Source: Tubulanus polymorphus
Lineage: Eukaryota > Animalia > Nemertea
Reading direction: 5' to 3'
DNA length: 64,000 nucleotides
Assembly (NCBI RefSeq): GCF_964204645.1
Contig: NC_134033.1
Span: 5,728,231-5,792,230, forward strand
The first letter of the stretch is position 1, and each line of letters opens with the position of its first letter. Of the stretch, positions 45,005 to 58,500 are shown one piece after another. The notes under the pieces are model-generated. The model was not told the DNA's origin, did no database searches, and saw only the letters and a list, made by a program, of their open reading frames with translations. The translations under genes were made by a program, and so were the position numbers.

Positions 45005-48000
45005 GTTAGTAGTAAAATCGTTTATATTTGTTTAAAATGGGTGACTTTCATTATCAATTTTTTCTCTCAACGTATTTATACGTAAATATTGAATTATTTA
45101 CTATATGTTTATTAAGGAGTATTCATATTCATTTATCGTTTCGAATGATTTCATAACGATTCGATTTTTTAATGCAATGCAGCGACTGTTTCTGGATTTT
45201 GTAATTTTGCGAATAGGCCTTGTCGGGATTTTGCCTTTAATACTTAACGAATTTCCATCGATTCAGATTAATTTGTATCGTCGTATTTTAAATCGGTTTT
45301 AAAGTGGCACTCAGTCATTTTGCAATGCATTCGCGATCAATTAAATACGAAGTGTCCCAAAAATTGTGGCTTTTTCCGTCTTGAATTCAAATATTTTTTC
45401 CAATGCGCATCATCATCTCCAGGGTTTGCAGAATAGGCGTATGTAAAAATATTTTGCTAGAAGGTACCCCCACCTTTCAAAGATTTATTTTTCTTTCGAA
45501 GAATTATTATACGGGACGTTACTGCATTTTGATCATCTATGTGGATTTAATTTAACCCTGGATCCAGTTCCACAGTTGTGTGGGTGAATCCAGTTCCGCA
45601 GTTGCGTTGGTTTATTTTGACTTTCGATCCAGTTCTACAGTAGTGTGGGTTTAATTTGACTCTGGATCCAGTTCCACAGTTATGTGGGTTTAATTTGACT
45701 CTGGACGTATCGGCCCCACTCCGCGCGGTTGCGCCACCGCGCGGGATTTACGCGAAGCAGCAGAACACAATCACGGCCACTCTCTCAATTTTCAATGATA
45801 GAAATCGTGTGTGCATTTCAATTATTTCGGCTGTTAGGGTTTTAAGGCACAATATAAGTTGATGATGTGATATGGCGATGTTAATAAATGATAATTCCGC
45901 AGTGAAGCTAGTCACGAACGGTGCCGATTGAGTGTACAGCTGACAAAAACACTGAAATGTGCGTAGTTGCGTAACTATTTGCAGTGAATTGCAGACGAAA
46001 CATGAAGCCTTAACGGCCGTTTAAAAAAAAAACTATACCAATCCCAATTGTAAAATAAAAATGAGATAGAACCTAAGTTAAAATTCTGGCCATTTCTAAA
46101 ATGTTATTAATCAACAATAATGGGGGGTGGTAGGTAGTCATGCAATTCAAGTCACCATTTATTACACGTTACTTCCGTGTTGTTGAAAATCTCGCGAGTC
46201 CTGGACTAAACCCCAATGAACAATGTGATCTGTGTGCTGGCCACAAATGCACACAGATCACACTACACTACCCATTACACACTCCAGTACCCACAGCTTT
46301 CATATATTCATCCAAATATTTAGTGGCTTTCTCCCTGGATCCAGTTGTGTGGGTCTATTATTTGACTATGGTACCATTTCCACAGTTATGGATGTCAAAT
46401 ATGACTCTGGATCAAATTCCATAGTTTCGTGGGTTCGATTTGACTGTAGATCCGAATCCACAGTCGCGTTGGTTTAGTTTGTTTCTGATTCCAGTTTCAC
46501 AGTTGTGTCCGGGATCAATCTTAGAGTAATAACGTAATAACTCCGAGCAATAATGCCACTTAGGATCTGGACTCGCTTGTCGATCACGCCGATCACGTGA
46601 ACACATTTACATACGTACAGCGTAACCGACCCTGAGTAGAATTGATAGCCGCTAAATAGCTTCCAGAGTCATTTTAAACCACCATAAAACGTACATATAA
46701 TTGCTTAACTAAACCCACACGGTTATTACAGCGTGTTCGCTATCATAACATACTTGTTTCTAATCATCTATATATCGTTCGTTCTGTAGCGGTTAAAACC
46801 AACACGGCACCAGCCCGCTTACACAAGGGGCGGGTCCAGGGTCAAAAGAAAGGGCAGGTCTCCAGTTGATATATTTAGGGCCATTTTTCTTAGAATCGCC
46901 GCCATTTCGTGGTTCCACATACACAATCATTATTTAGATCTTCTTTCATGGTAATTAGAATAGTTAATTGCCATGACACGATTTTTATATTATCATTCAC
47001 GCAACCTTGTTTATCATCTTTTTTTTTTAATATTTAGTCTGAATCATTTTGGTAATGGAATTTTTGAGGGAGCTCAAAACTATTCGGTTGTGTCCAAACC
47101 CCATTGACAGCCCCTGGATCCGCGGCGCTGTATAAGATATAAACAAACTGAAAGCTTATTGATCGAGGAAAAAATAAACCAATTTGATACCTGACTCAAC
47201 CGCGTTTGCAGTGCACGGCGAACAACTGTAAACTCTGTTCTGACATTCGGTTCACATTTGGCCGCGTTTGGTTTATGTCGATAACTGTATTGAATCTAAT
47301 TGCGCGGCAACCAGTCTAACCAGAAAATTGATGACGTTATCCCCACTCTTTCGCACGCTATAGGCCTATCCGAGGTTTGTTCAAAATTTCGTCGTTGAAA
47401 AAGGCACGGAACGTCACGAAATCGAAAATAAGAGTCGTGAAATTTAGTTGATAATAGAAATAAATGGCGATTTTTTCATAATTGAAAATGTTATTTCGAA
47501 ACTCAAATATTGATGATGTAGGGCAAATTTACGCAAACATTCATTATCAAAAATGCATGAAAATTTATTCGTTTGAAATTTTAAAGTCACGAAATTTAAT
47601 GAATCACAAAATAAACGCCAATATTCTGAAATTCAAATATCGTTTCGAAACGCCGATATGGAGGACGTAGTGCGCACCGACTGGAATGACGGATAATAAT
47701 TAGCGATGCATTAGAACGTTTTCTTAAACCTTTTTATGGCGTTAAAAATAGTTAGATCTTCGGCGAGATACCAAAAAAGTCTCGCGCGTTGCGCGGTAAG
47801 CGTTCTGTTTACACGGGAGTCATAAAAACATAAATAAATGTAAATTGTAGGGCTACACCGTTCAGCGCCGTGTACAGCGCCGTTCAGCGCAACGCTTGCG
47901 ATTATATACACATGTTAACATATACATATACACGAATATAGATATCCGTGTATATGAATTTTTAATTGTTAAGCGGTAGCTAAAAAAATGTATATATCAT

Positions 48001-48439
48001 ACAGGATTACCTGACAATGGTATACGCGTTTGAAAAACTCGGAAAAGATTTAGAAAAAAACGAATCTGTTTCGTCTAACTTTTTCTGAACAGCCTGCTCG
48101 CATGATGAAGCACGGATCATTTTTTGCTCTTAAGAACAAGACTTGACTAGGTATATATTCATGCGGAGTGTTCAGTTTTTTCTCCATCGGAGGAACAGAA
48201 AATGTAGCGCTTTTATCCTTGAGAGTTAAGCGGTAATAAAAAAACAACAACAACACAACTCGGGAATTGTTTTCTAAGCGGAACAAAAGAGCTGACTGAT
48301 CGCTTATCTGAGTGAAGACGAAAACTATCATTAAAAGAAAAAAGAAAAAAAATATAGCTACAAAGCAGCGATAACGGGTTTTCTGATCATCCTCGCCGTG
48401 CTCATCACAATATTGAGGGAATTAGAGAAAAAAATAAGA

Positions 48440-49008
48440 CTAGTGACGTTTAGACTCAATTCTATGAGCCATTCTTTTAAACTAAGAGAGTATAGTGACG
48501 TTTAGATTCAATTCTATGATCCATTTTCAAAACTAAGAGAGTAGTGACGTTTAGACTCAACTCTACGAGCCATTATTAGAAACTAAGAAAGTAGTGACGT
48601 TTAGACTCAATTCTATGAGGCATTTTAAAAACTAAGAAAGTAGTGACGTTTAGACTGAATTCTATGAGCCATTTTCAAAACTAAGAAGAAAGTAATGACG
48701 TTTAGACTTAACTCTACGAGCCATTTTAAAAACTAAGAAGAAAGAAGTGACGTTTAGACTCAATTCTATGAGGTATTTTCAAAAACTAAGAGAATAGTGA
48801 CGTTTAGACTCAACTCTAAGAGCCATTTTAAAAACTAAGAAAGTAGTGACGTTTAGACTGAATTCTATGAGCCATTATCAAAACTAATAAGAGAGTAGTG
48901 ACGTTTATACTCGATTCTATGAGCCATTAAATTTTCAAAACTAAGAGAGTAGTCATGTGACGTTTAGACTCAATTTTCTGAGGCATTTTCAAAACTAAGA
49001 GAATAGTG
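48440..49008 (+). repeat. ~50-bp tandem repeat, 11 units
   Basis: Unit agtgacgtttagactcaattctatgagccattttcaaaactaagagagt. Confidence 0.92.
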
Positions 49009-49093
49009 CCTACAATCGTCTAGCAGAACTCACTTCTGAAAGAACCTGACTAATCGTTGTTTTTCTTCGAATTTTCCAGCTTAAATCGTCAAG

Positions 49094-49828
49094 ATGGATA
49101 TGACCAAAGAAGAGTTCATTTATTTCTCGCGACGAGCGTCGGACAACCCGAATTCTGACGAGGGCATCTGCCTGTACAACTTCCTGGTTCGCTGTTTCAC
49201 CGACGCCGATATCGACTTCTCGGGCGCCGTGACCTTCGACGAATTCGACAAGATGATCGAGAACGCCGCCGCGTTGCCGAGAAAATACGGCTTCGCCCCG
49301 AAAACCGAGGTCATGTTCAAAAACAACGACGAATGCAAAAAGTCGCGCAAAACCCTGTTCGACTCGATCGACTCGAAGAAGAGCGGACGTATTTCGTTGG
49401 AAGCGTGGATCGCGTACGCGCAATCGCACATTTTCAAGAAAGTGCACGAGTTGAAGCCGCACATCTTGCAAGACGGCCCGAAAGACGAGTTCATCGCCTT
49501 CACGAAAAAGGCCGTCGTCAAAGGCAGCACCGAATTCAAAGAACTGTATTTCTACTTGTTGAAAGTGTTCCAGGACGCCGACACCAACCACGACGGCGGA
49601 GTCAGTCCCGAAGAGTTCGACCAGATGATCGAGTCGGCCGCCGCCATGCCCAGACGCTACGGCCTGGCCCCGAAAACGTCCGACCTCTACAAGACCGACG
49701 CCGCGCGCATCGAAGGCCGCAAAAAATTATTCGCAGATATTGACACTAACAACGACGGCAGTATCTCGTTCGACGAGTGGCTGAACTACGCCGTCAAGCA
49801 CATCACGGGAAAAGTCGCCAGTCTTTAA
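49094..49828 (+). CDS. EF-hand calcium-binding protein, 244 aa, two tandem ~120-aa modules with two EF-hands each
   Basis: Loops DIDFSGAVTFDE, DSKKSGRISLEA (degenerate), DTNHDGGVSPEE, DTNNDGSISFDE. Strong C/G-ending codon bias; AAGATGG start 14 nt after a splice acceptor. Confidence 0.92.
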   Translation: MDMTKEEFIYFSRRASDNPNSDEGICLYNFLVRCFTDADIDFSGAVTFDEFDKMIENAAALPRKYGFAPKTEVMFKNNDECKKSRKTLFDSIDSKKSGRISLEAWIAYAQSHIFKKVHELKPHILQDGPKDEFIAFTKKAVVKGSTEFKELYFYLLKVFQDADTNHDGGVSPEEFDQMIESAAAMPRRYGLAPKTSDLYKTDAARIEGRKKLFADIDTNNDGSISFDEWLNYAVKHITGKVASL

Positions 49829-50829
49829 ACAAAAAAATGCGACGAACGAAAAATCTCAAGACCAACGAAAATTTCAATCATTTTTCCCCGCGAGACCGTA
49901 TACGTACCTTTTGTGACCCGTCCATCCCTGATATGCTCGTTCCGCAATCTCCTTCGAGAATGATAATGACTGCCTGATTTTTTCCATCAAAAAAGGATTG
50001 AACGTTCCTTAGTAGAATCAAACTCGCCAAATCAAATACCGACAATATTCGGTGTAATTATCGCATCACCATTAGAAAGATTTGAAAAAACAAAGTTGTC
50101 TGCGACGGCCTGCGTAAAGGCATCAATATTTGGCAACTCGCCAATAAACGAAACTTGACCCTACGAACTTACAAAAACGTAAATATGCTACAAAAGTACA
50201 AACGGTAGTTCGAGTGAGATACATACTTTTTTGTGTTGAGATATTTCTATCGGAGAAATCGATATGAAACACGAGTATACGTTTGTAAAAAAATTAATTT
50301 CAAAGATGATAAATTATTATAACGTCAATGAAAAAAATACCTTTGATAATTTAAAACTATGCTCGTTTCGTTATCTTTGTTGGTTTTTCGTTTTCTCTTC
50401 TGGAAAAACGCGTTTGGAACTGGGGGGCCGGTTCGATGGTCAAGGTTTAGACTGTCTATCAAAAACAATCAGTGGCTAATTTAGATATGTTGCTATTGCG
50501 ATAACCTAAAACACTTAAAGTATATAACCGCAATAAAAATTAACAAATTTAACTAAAGCTAGAAAAGAATCTTGGGGCCGGTCTTATGGATTGGTATTAA
50601 CTTTAAACCCGGGGGCTAACTCTAATCATCTTTAATTAAGTGAACCCCTAGGTTAAAGAAACGTAAACGTAATGCCTGTCTATAAAACAGGGCCAAGATG
50701 TTCCGACTTGATTTCATGAGCCATTTTCAAAATCGAGTCGAACCGTCATACATTCTCTCCTAGTTTATTTCATTGTATTGTGGGTGTTTACTATTGATAT
50801 CAGACAGTCGCTCGCCTATGGAAACCGAT

Positions 50830-51350
50830 TTGAAACGTGTCCAAGCTCGTTTTGGTTCTTTAGCATATTTAACATCTTAAAGTTAATACCAGTCCATAAG
50901 ACCGGCCCCAAGATTCTTTTCTAGCTTTAGTTAAATTTGTTAATTTTTATTGCGGTTATTTACTTTAAGTGTTTTAGGTTATCGCAATAGCAACATATCT
51001 AAATTGGCCACAGATTGCTAAGCTCATTTGGTTCTTTAAAACCAGTCTAACATCTTATAAAACCGGTCGTAACTCATTTTAGCTCTTAAACCAATGTAAT
51101 TAGTTTCTAATGTAATTAGTTTCAACGTGTCTAAACTCATTTTGGTTCTTTAGTTATCTAACATCCTGAGACCAGTCTAAACTCATTTTGGTTCTCCAAT
51201 CCAACAGCTTGAGACCAGTCTACACTCATTTTGGTTCTATAACCAATCTGACAACTAAAAACGTGTCTAAACTCATTTTGGTTCGTTAGTTACTGTTACA
51301 TCTTGAGAACAGTCTAAACTCATTTTAGTTCTATAACCAATCTGGAGACC
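50830..51350 (+). repeat. 47-bp minisatellite array interrupted by a 141-bp inverted copy of nearby DNA
   Basis: ctaaactcattttggttct units; 50877-51017 is the reverse complement of 50466-50606. Confidence 0.85.
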
Positions 51351-53514
51351 GTTCGGTTTTAATCGCTCAACGACCTTTATACTGCTAAAAGTTCAGACCA
51401 TTTTCAGTCTTGGTACTGTATATTATTGCGAAAAACCCACGATATCGAATTAAACCCAGGTGGATGGAATCCACCCGAATCGTCAGCAAACAAAACAATA
51501 ACATTTGTTATAATCGATATTGTGAGTTCCACTCAATGATACCTTTAAACTGTATGAGAAAAGCTCATTACAAATTAAGCGGCTTTGAGGAGTCGAACGC
51601 ATTGGGTATACGAACCAAGATCCGCGAATACGTAGGAATCGGAACAGCGTCGTAGCTGGTGAATGATAAAACCCCGATGCAAACGGCGCAGGGGAACGTG
51701 AAAACACTGAAACAAGGAAACAAACAAGTTCGATTTCGGAAACATCGCTTCACGGGACCACATTTTCTGGTAAACCTACTCGACAACGGGGAGCGTGTTT
51801 TCGTCGTCTGGTTCCGTGTTCCCTGCGTTGTGCGCGCTGAAAAACAAAAGTTGACGCTGAAACCAGTGCGTTACTTACCCGAACGAGCGCCAACCCGTAA
51901 TATATAGAACACTCCACGAATCAAAATCGAGATCCGAAACCGATGACGTTTCTCTTTTCGATTTTAGTATTATAGATTCCGTTTTTTTTTTCTTTCAAAT
52001 AGGCCGAAGATACGCTAATCCAACACGCCCAGTAGACGTTGTCGGTGTAGGTCGACCATTTTACATTTAACCCGAGTTGACGCTAACATTGACTGATTGC
52101 AGTCGATGCTACCATGGTCATCCTATTTGTACCAGTAGGCCAACATGGACTACATGCGTAATGACCCCATCGTCAATTGGTAAATAAATTGGCTGTGTAG
52201 GACCTCTATTTAATTACTCAGCATTCCTGTCAACAATATATAGGTCTACTAAACATCAGTATAAGATCAAGTACTATTCACACGTACGCCGACACTGATA
52301 ATGGTGCTTAAATTCCTTAATTACTTAAATTCCATATAAATGCGCCAAATTAAGAAGTTATTATTGTACGAATCTAGAAAGTCATAACGGATGGGACATA
52401 TTACGCGGGTAACCGAATCGCAGCTCTCCTTTCAGGACGGAGCTCTCCATTCAGGACGGGTCGATACGTATGTCGTCGCAGGGAAATCGGCTTTAAGATG
52501 GGTCGATTATGATATGACGTCACTGGGGGATACCACCACGAGCTCTCGTTTCTGGACGGATCGAGAGCGGATAGACGGTCGATTATATGACGTCGTAGGG
52601 AGATACCAAGAAGAAGTTAATCCTATCAGGACGCTGGGGTCTATGTGACGAAGAAGGAGGTCCATTTCTTTATGAAGGGCTTATTGAGATCTTAACTAGT
52701 GACGTCATAGGGGATTTCATGAAAGCTTCTCATCTTCTATTGAATAGTGACGTCATAAGGAGATTTCAAGGGGAATAGTCGCTGGCAGCTGAAACGTCAT
52801 TGATGACGTGACAAAGGGGATCTTGAGAAGTATCTAAGCGTGTCCATGGCATAAGAGTTGTCGTCAAAAACGATTTAGAAATTCATTCGATTCATTTCGT
52901 ATTGTCTTTTATTGCTTAAAAATGTACAAAAGGTCAGTTGAAATATTGAATAGCCTACATATTATCTAAGTTACTACATGATGGCGTATTTTCCAACGCA
53001 TAAACACAGATAGACAAACATGTATTTGTTAAGAAGCGCGCATCGCCGGTACTGGTTATACGCCCAATTTTGATTGAAAATGACAAATAATGGGAAAACC
53101 ACAAAACAATAATTAAGAATATGTATATCCGGGTTATGACTATTGCGTAAGAGGTACATTTGAACTAAAGTTCGCGTTCCAAGCGCTAGTTGCAAACAAA
53201 CGGGCGTTTTATTTGAAACTGCATCTACGGCGGTTCATGCAGTCCAAGCACAAATAGACCGCGTAAATGACCAACTATATTTCATTAACTCTTACTTTGT
53301 ATTTGACATCAGTTCGGGGTTTACCATACCAAACTTAACCGCAGTAAGAGACAGAGTCCTACTCCGTATTTGACCCAAATGACGAATCCTACCAGCATTA
53401 AGAGACAGAGTCTACTGCATTTTACAAATTCTTACTCAGTTTTCGGCACCAACTCGGGGGAAAATTTAACCGGTCTCAACTCGACCGCAGTAAGAGACAG
53501 AGTCTGCTGTAATA

Positions 53515-55264
53515 AAGAAGTTTCCAGTTTCTAGGCGCCATTTTGTGGCGGTCCCGCAAGGTCCCCATTGTTGCGATAATTTGCGCTCATTTTTAAAACA
53601 TAAGTTTAGATTGAATATCATATAGTTCTGTAGTCCCTTGCTCGACGAAATCAATTTACACACCATTTTAAAGGAAATGAAATGCAGATATTTGCTGGCG
53701 ATTCTTGGAATTTTTGAACGCAACAATTGAGAACAGTGACGATGTGAAACCAAGGACCGCATATATAGACCGTGCGTAAAAGAAATCGCAATATTTATTA
53801 ATTTTAAAATATCTAAGTATCTCTTCAAGCTATATTTCCTATTTTCACAGAGGTTAAAGAGGGTTATTTGCAGTTTAAGCCTGCGTTAAAATCTTTTGAA
53901 TATCTTACCTGACGACTGATCTGTACCCGCTTGAGTTTGAGATTACGCGCAAAAGGGGTCTCCCACTGCGCATTGCAATTTCACTGAACATTGAGATTTG
54001 CGACAAGAAATTTTTAAATGCAATTTGATTTCTTCACATTTTCCATGGGGATATTTTGAGATGATAATCCATATCTTCTTTGTACCGTATTTTGGCGGGG
54101 CAATTCGTTAATCTGGTTTCGGGATCCGGTTTGTCCCGCTATTGAAGTGTGAACGGCCCAGTTGAAGAATTGTCGTATACAGCCCGTCCAGCCTAGCGCC
54201 GATTTTGTGTTCGGTGAAATCAAACGTTTTAGAGTCGATGGTGAAATGTGCCAGTCAATTTAAACGCTTAGGACATATTTAACACATATCTCTCTCTGGT
54301 AATCCCTCATTCTTCGATCATACGATGAATTTAATGAATCTCAACCTTCTTGCTGGGAAACATCGACCAGAAAACCTTACTGATATAAAATTGCAATATA
54401 TTATTTAAAGGGGTTCATATCTGTCCCCCATTTGATATTCTGTTTTAGGGGGTCAACGTCCAGTTTGGCAACTTTCAGCTGCGCCCCATATTCAAAAATA
54501 TATAAAAACTTAGATTTTTTTTCTAGTGTCCAACCATGAGTGGTACAATCGGTTGAAACGCAAATTAGGTTCTCAACTAGGCCACATTTGCAACCAACAC
54601 AGAAAGTCCCCACTCTTACAAGAAATCCTTTAATTTCCCAACGCTACAAAACTCGAATTCATCAAAACACTCAAAGTCCATTTTCAACCATACGAAAATA
54701 AAGGTAATATATAACCATCAGAAGCAATAGTGATAATTACAAACCAGTTTAAAATCTTATTTTTGTGATTTCTTTTCACAAATCTCAATGTTCAGTGAAA
54801 TGGCGGTGCGCAGTGGGAGACCCCTTTTGCGCGTAATCTGAAACTCATGCGGGTACAGATCAGTCGTCAGGAAAGATATTTAAAAAAATTCAACGCAGGC
54901 TTAAACTGCAAATAACCCTCTTTAACCTCTGTGAAAATAGGAAATATAGCTTTAAGACATACTTAGATATTTTAAAATTAATAAATATTGCGATTTCTTT
55001 TACGCACGGTTAAAATATGCGGTCCTTGGTTTCACATCGTCACTGTTCTCAATTGTTGCGTTCAAAAATTCCAAGAATCGCCAGCAAATATCTGCATTTC
55101 ATTTCCTTTAAAATGGTGTATAAATTGATTTCGTCGAGCAAGGGACTGCAGAACTATATGATATTCAATCTAAACTTATGTTTTAAAATTGAGCGCAAAT
55201 TATCGCAACAATAGGGACCTCGAGGGACCGCCACAAAATGGCGCCTAGAAACTGGAAACTTCTT
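53515..55264. mobile_element. Foldback-type non-autonomous DNA transposon, ~490-bp TIRs, probable TA TSD, inserted in a 92-bp satellite array
   Basis: Arms at about 53515-54000 and 54780-55264 are near-identical reverse complements (AAGAAGTTTCCAGTTTCTAGGCGCCATTTTG...). TA at 53513-53514 and 55265-55266. Satellite continues on both sides (53290-53510, 55270-55350). Confidence 0.9.
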
Positions 55265-55593
55265 TATTTTGTCACCAATTCGGGGAAGAATTTTTACCCG
55301 TCACAACTAAGCTGCAGTAAGTTACAGAGTCTACTGTATTTCACAAACCCAAATTGCGTATTGTATCTAACCGTCCAATATGGCGTAGTCACGTGATGAA
55401 AGCGCATAGCTTCACGATTTCTATAGCAAGTACAATGTACGTAATGCTACAACTTAGTTCCTTAAGCGAGTTACATGTCATATACATAGCCAACCAAGAT
55501 AATCGGAGCCTCTCTGAACATTGTACCCCACGCGCAATGGAATAAGGCGTAAGTCACGAGGGCCTTCAGTCGCATGGTTGCGCTGACGGCCCC

Positions 55594-58500
55594 TCAGAAC
55601 CGCGTACCCCACGGTATCGAGGACAGACGCAAGTCATAAGAGCCCTCGGCCGCGGCCGCGCACACATCCCGCGGCGTGTTGAAATTCGCCACGCGCACCT
55701 GTCTTTGCACGTGTTTGCGACGCGTGACGTAATGCTCGAACGCCAGACGGTTCCACGGTTCGATCAGTTTGTCGTAAGCCCCGGTTGAACCGGTCAACAG
55801 TTTCGCGAACACGTAACCGCGCTGAATCGCCTCGTAAATCGGCGTCTGTTCGTTGGTGACGTTGTGGATGTAGACGCCTCTGTCGCGGTCGATAAAGCCG
55901 CTGACCAACGCGTCCCGGAACGGTATCCGGCGTCGTAAAAACGGGTCCATTACGCCGATACACAAATACACCTCGACTGCGGTGGATTCCTCCACTTGCG
56001 GGTGACTCATATCGAAAACTTCGTCCTCGAATTCGATGTCTATGTAACCGTGTTCGATCGCCTCGTCGACGGTAATTTTTCGGTGGTTGCGTTTGTCGAA
56101 ATAGACGTCTTCTTTCTCGTCGATCAAACCTTGCATTTTGGCCACGTCGAAACTGCGACTGCGGCCGCCGATCGTATCGAACACGCCCTTGATCGTACAC
56201 GGCATGTACCGCGTGATCGTATGGAATGTAATCAGCCCGTACGAGCTGCCGATCTTAGTCGACTTCGACTTCGTGTCTTGCAAAATGAACCGCTTCGTAA
56301 TCGCCTCGGCGATCGACATCGTGAACTCGGTCAGCGGGTTTACGTAGGTACCGTTCACTAAATCGATAATACCCTTGGCGACGGCTTGTTCCAGCGTGAT
56401 GACCTTACTCCACGGATCGATAACGCCGACGACCTTGTACACTTCGTACAGATCTTTGATCGAATACATGGCCGTTTCCGACGAGCTCGACGACAAACTC
56501 GAACCGGACACCGTCAGACTTTTGATCGCTTCCCGACGCGTGCGAAACGTCGAACTGATACTGGTCAAGCGGTCTTTCATATCTTCGCTTCGCGCGGACA
56601 GGTCGGTCTGCGTGCGCGAGTTCTGCAGACGTTGAACGACGCTCCATTCCTCGTAAAAACCGGACTCCGACGAAAACATGCTTTCCATGTCGGGTAACGA
56701 TCTGAACCGGTGACTGTGAACCAACGACGCGTCGATCGTCTGCGGGTTGACGTCGTCGTTCGGCTGCTGCCCGGGAACCGATAATCGAGACGACTTGCCG
56801 GTGGTCTTATGCGGCGCCCGCGGAGGCCGCCTCGACGGCTGTTTGTCGCTATCGCCGTCCGTCGCCTCGATATCTATATCGACGATCGTGAATTTCGACA
56901 CGCTGCGTTGTTTTCTCTTAGTTAGTTTTTTCGCCGCCGTGGCGCTGTCGTCGTCGTAATCCGACTGAGTGTAATCGATGTCTACGTCGGCCCGAGTCGT
57001 GTCGATGTAAGACGCCTCGTACTCGCTCTCGTAGCCGCGTTCTGTGACTATCTTCCTCAACATCCCGCTATCTACGTTACCGTCGCTAGGTGGCGCAACA
57101 GATATTTTACCATGATTAGGTGGCAACACTGATGCATTATAATCTTTAGGTGGTGTTACAGATTCATTTTCATCACCAGGTGGTGCCACCGATACATTAC
57201 TATTGCTAGGTGGCAGCACTGATGCACGTCCATCCCAACCTTCTCTCTGCTGTATGGACGTTTTCGTCGTCGTCGTTGTCGTAGTAACTTTTTGGTGAGA
57301 TTGTTGATTTTCTAATTTGAACAAAAATGGTTGCGGAGCAGGATTCGACACGACGTCCATTTTGCCATACAGATCGATAGTCTCTCTTTTCCTGTTCGTG
57401 GTCGAGTCTCGGTGATCAACCTTTTTCGGTCGATTTTCTTTCTTGGTAGTGGTTGGTTTTTTCGGAACCACGGGCGGAGGCTCTTTTGGGTCCGCGGGCG
57501 TTGGTTCTGCTAATTTAGGCGGTTCTTGCAGAACTTTCGGCGATGGTGGTTTTGGTTCTACGGGCTTTGGTTTTTGAACGAATCTAGGTGGTTCTTGAAT
57601 TATCATAGGATGTGGTTCTTTGACTACCAAAGGAGGTGGTTGCACTAATTTGGGAGGTTCTCTGAGAACCTTGGGTGACGGAGGTTTGGGCGCCACGAGT
57701 GGTTTTTCAATCAATTTCGGTGGTTCTTGTAGAACCGTGAGTGTCGGCACTTTCGGTGGCGCTACGGGAGGTTTATGAACTAGTTTTGGTGATTCTTGGA
57801 GAACCGTGGGCGTTAGTTCTTTCGGTAGTAATGGTTTTGGTTCCTCTGGTGGGTATGAAATACTCGCGTCCGCAATCTTTATGAACTCGGGACCTTTCTG
57901 CGGCGTTGAAATAACTGGTTGCATTTTTCTAGGCGGCACGGGAGGTGGCTCCGTCGTCACGGGAGTATTCGGCGGTGTTTTAGGCAGAGGTCTTCTCGGT
58001 ACTAGCGGCGGTGCGTCTTCCGGCAACGAAATAGACATTACTTTTCCAGTTTCCGGTGGTTTCATTTCTAATTTTGGCAATGGCTCTCGCGGTTTAGTTT
58101 GTTCCGGGGATTTCGTTGGTCGCGCTTTCGTTTTACTCGAAGGAGTGAGCAATTTACTATCGCCGAATTTGGAACTTCTCTGCGTAGGCGGGTGTCTGTT
58201 TTGCGTCTGTTTCGGGCGCTTCCTCGTCGGACCGCTGACCGACTTTTCCCCCGGTTGCAATTCCGCCTCGTCAACGCCGTCCATATAGGGGATATTGCCT
58301 TTTTCTGGCGCGGTCAACCTACTTGGTTCGACCTCAGGGGGCTTTGTTTGCATCGACATCGAAGGAGGTTTTGGGCTTTTGTCGTCGACGAATTCGATAC
58401 CGCCATAAAATGAAACTTTCTTATCACGCTTCCCACCGACGGTGCCCGTTTCTACGGGTACCTTGAACGTCGAGTCGGGTGGTGGGTTTAAAGGCTCGAA

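Noticed and set aside
49010-49743. Overlapping antisense and alternate-frame ORFs over the EF-hand gene (likewise over the laccase and plakin exons)
   Set aside because: Shadow ORFs caused by strong codon bias; no recognisable motifs.
53466-55214. Twin ORFs MRSLVSHRHCSQLL... on opposite strands
   Set aside because: They are mirror images within the foldback arms and show no protein features.
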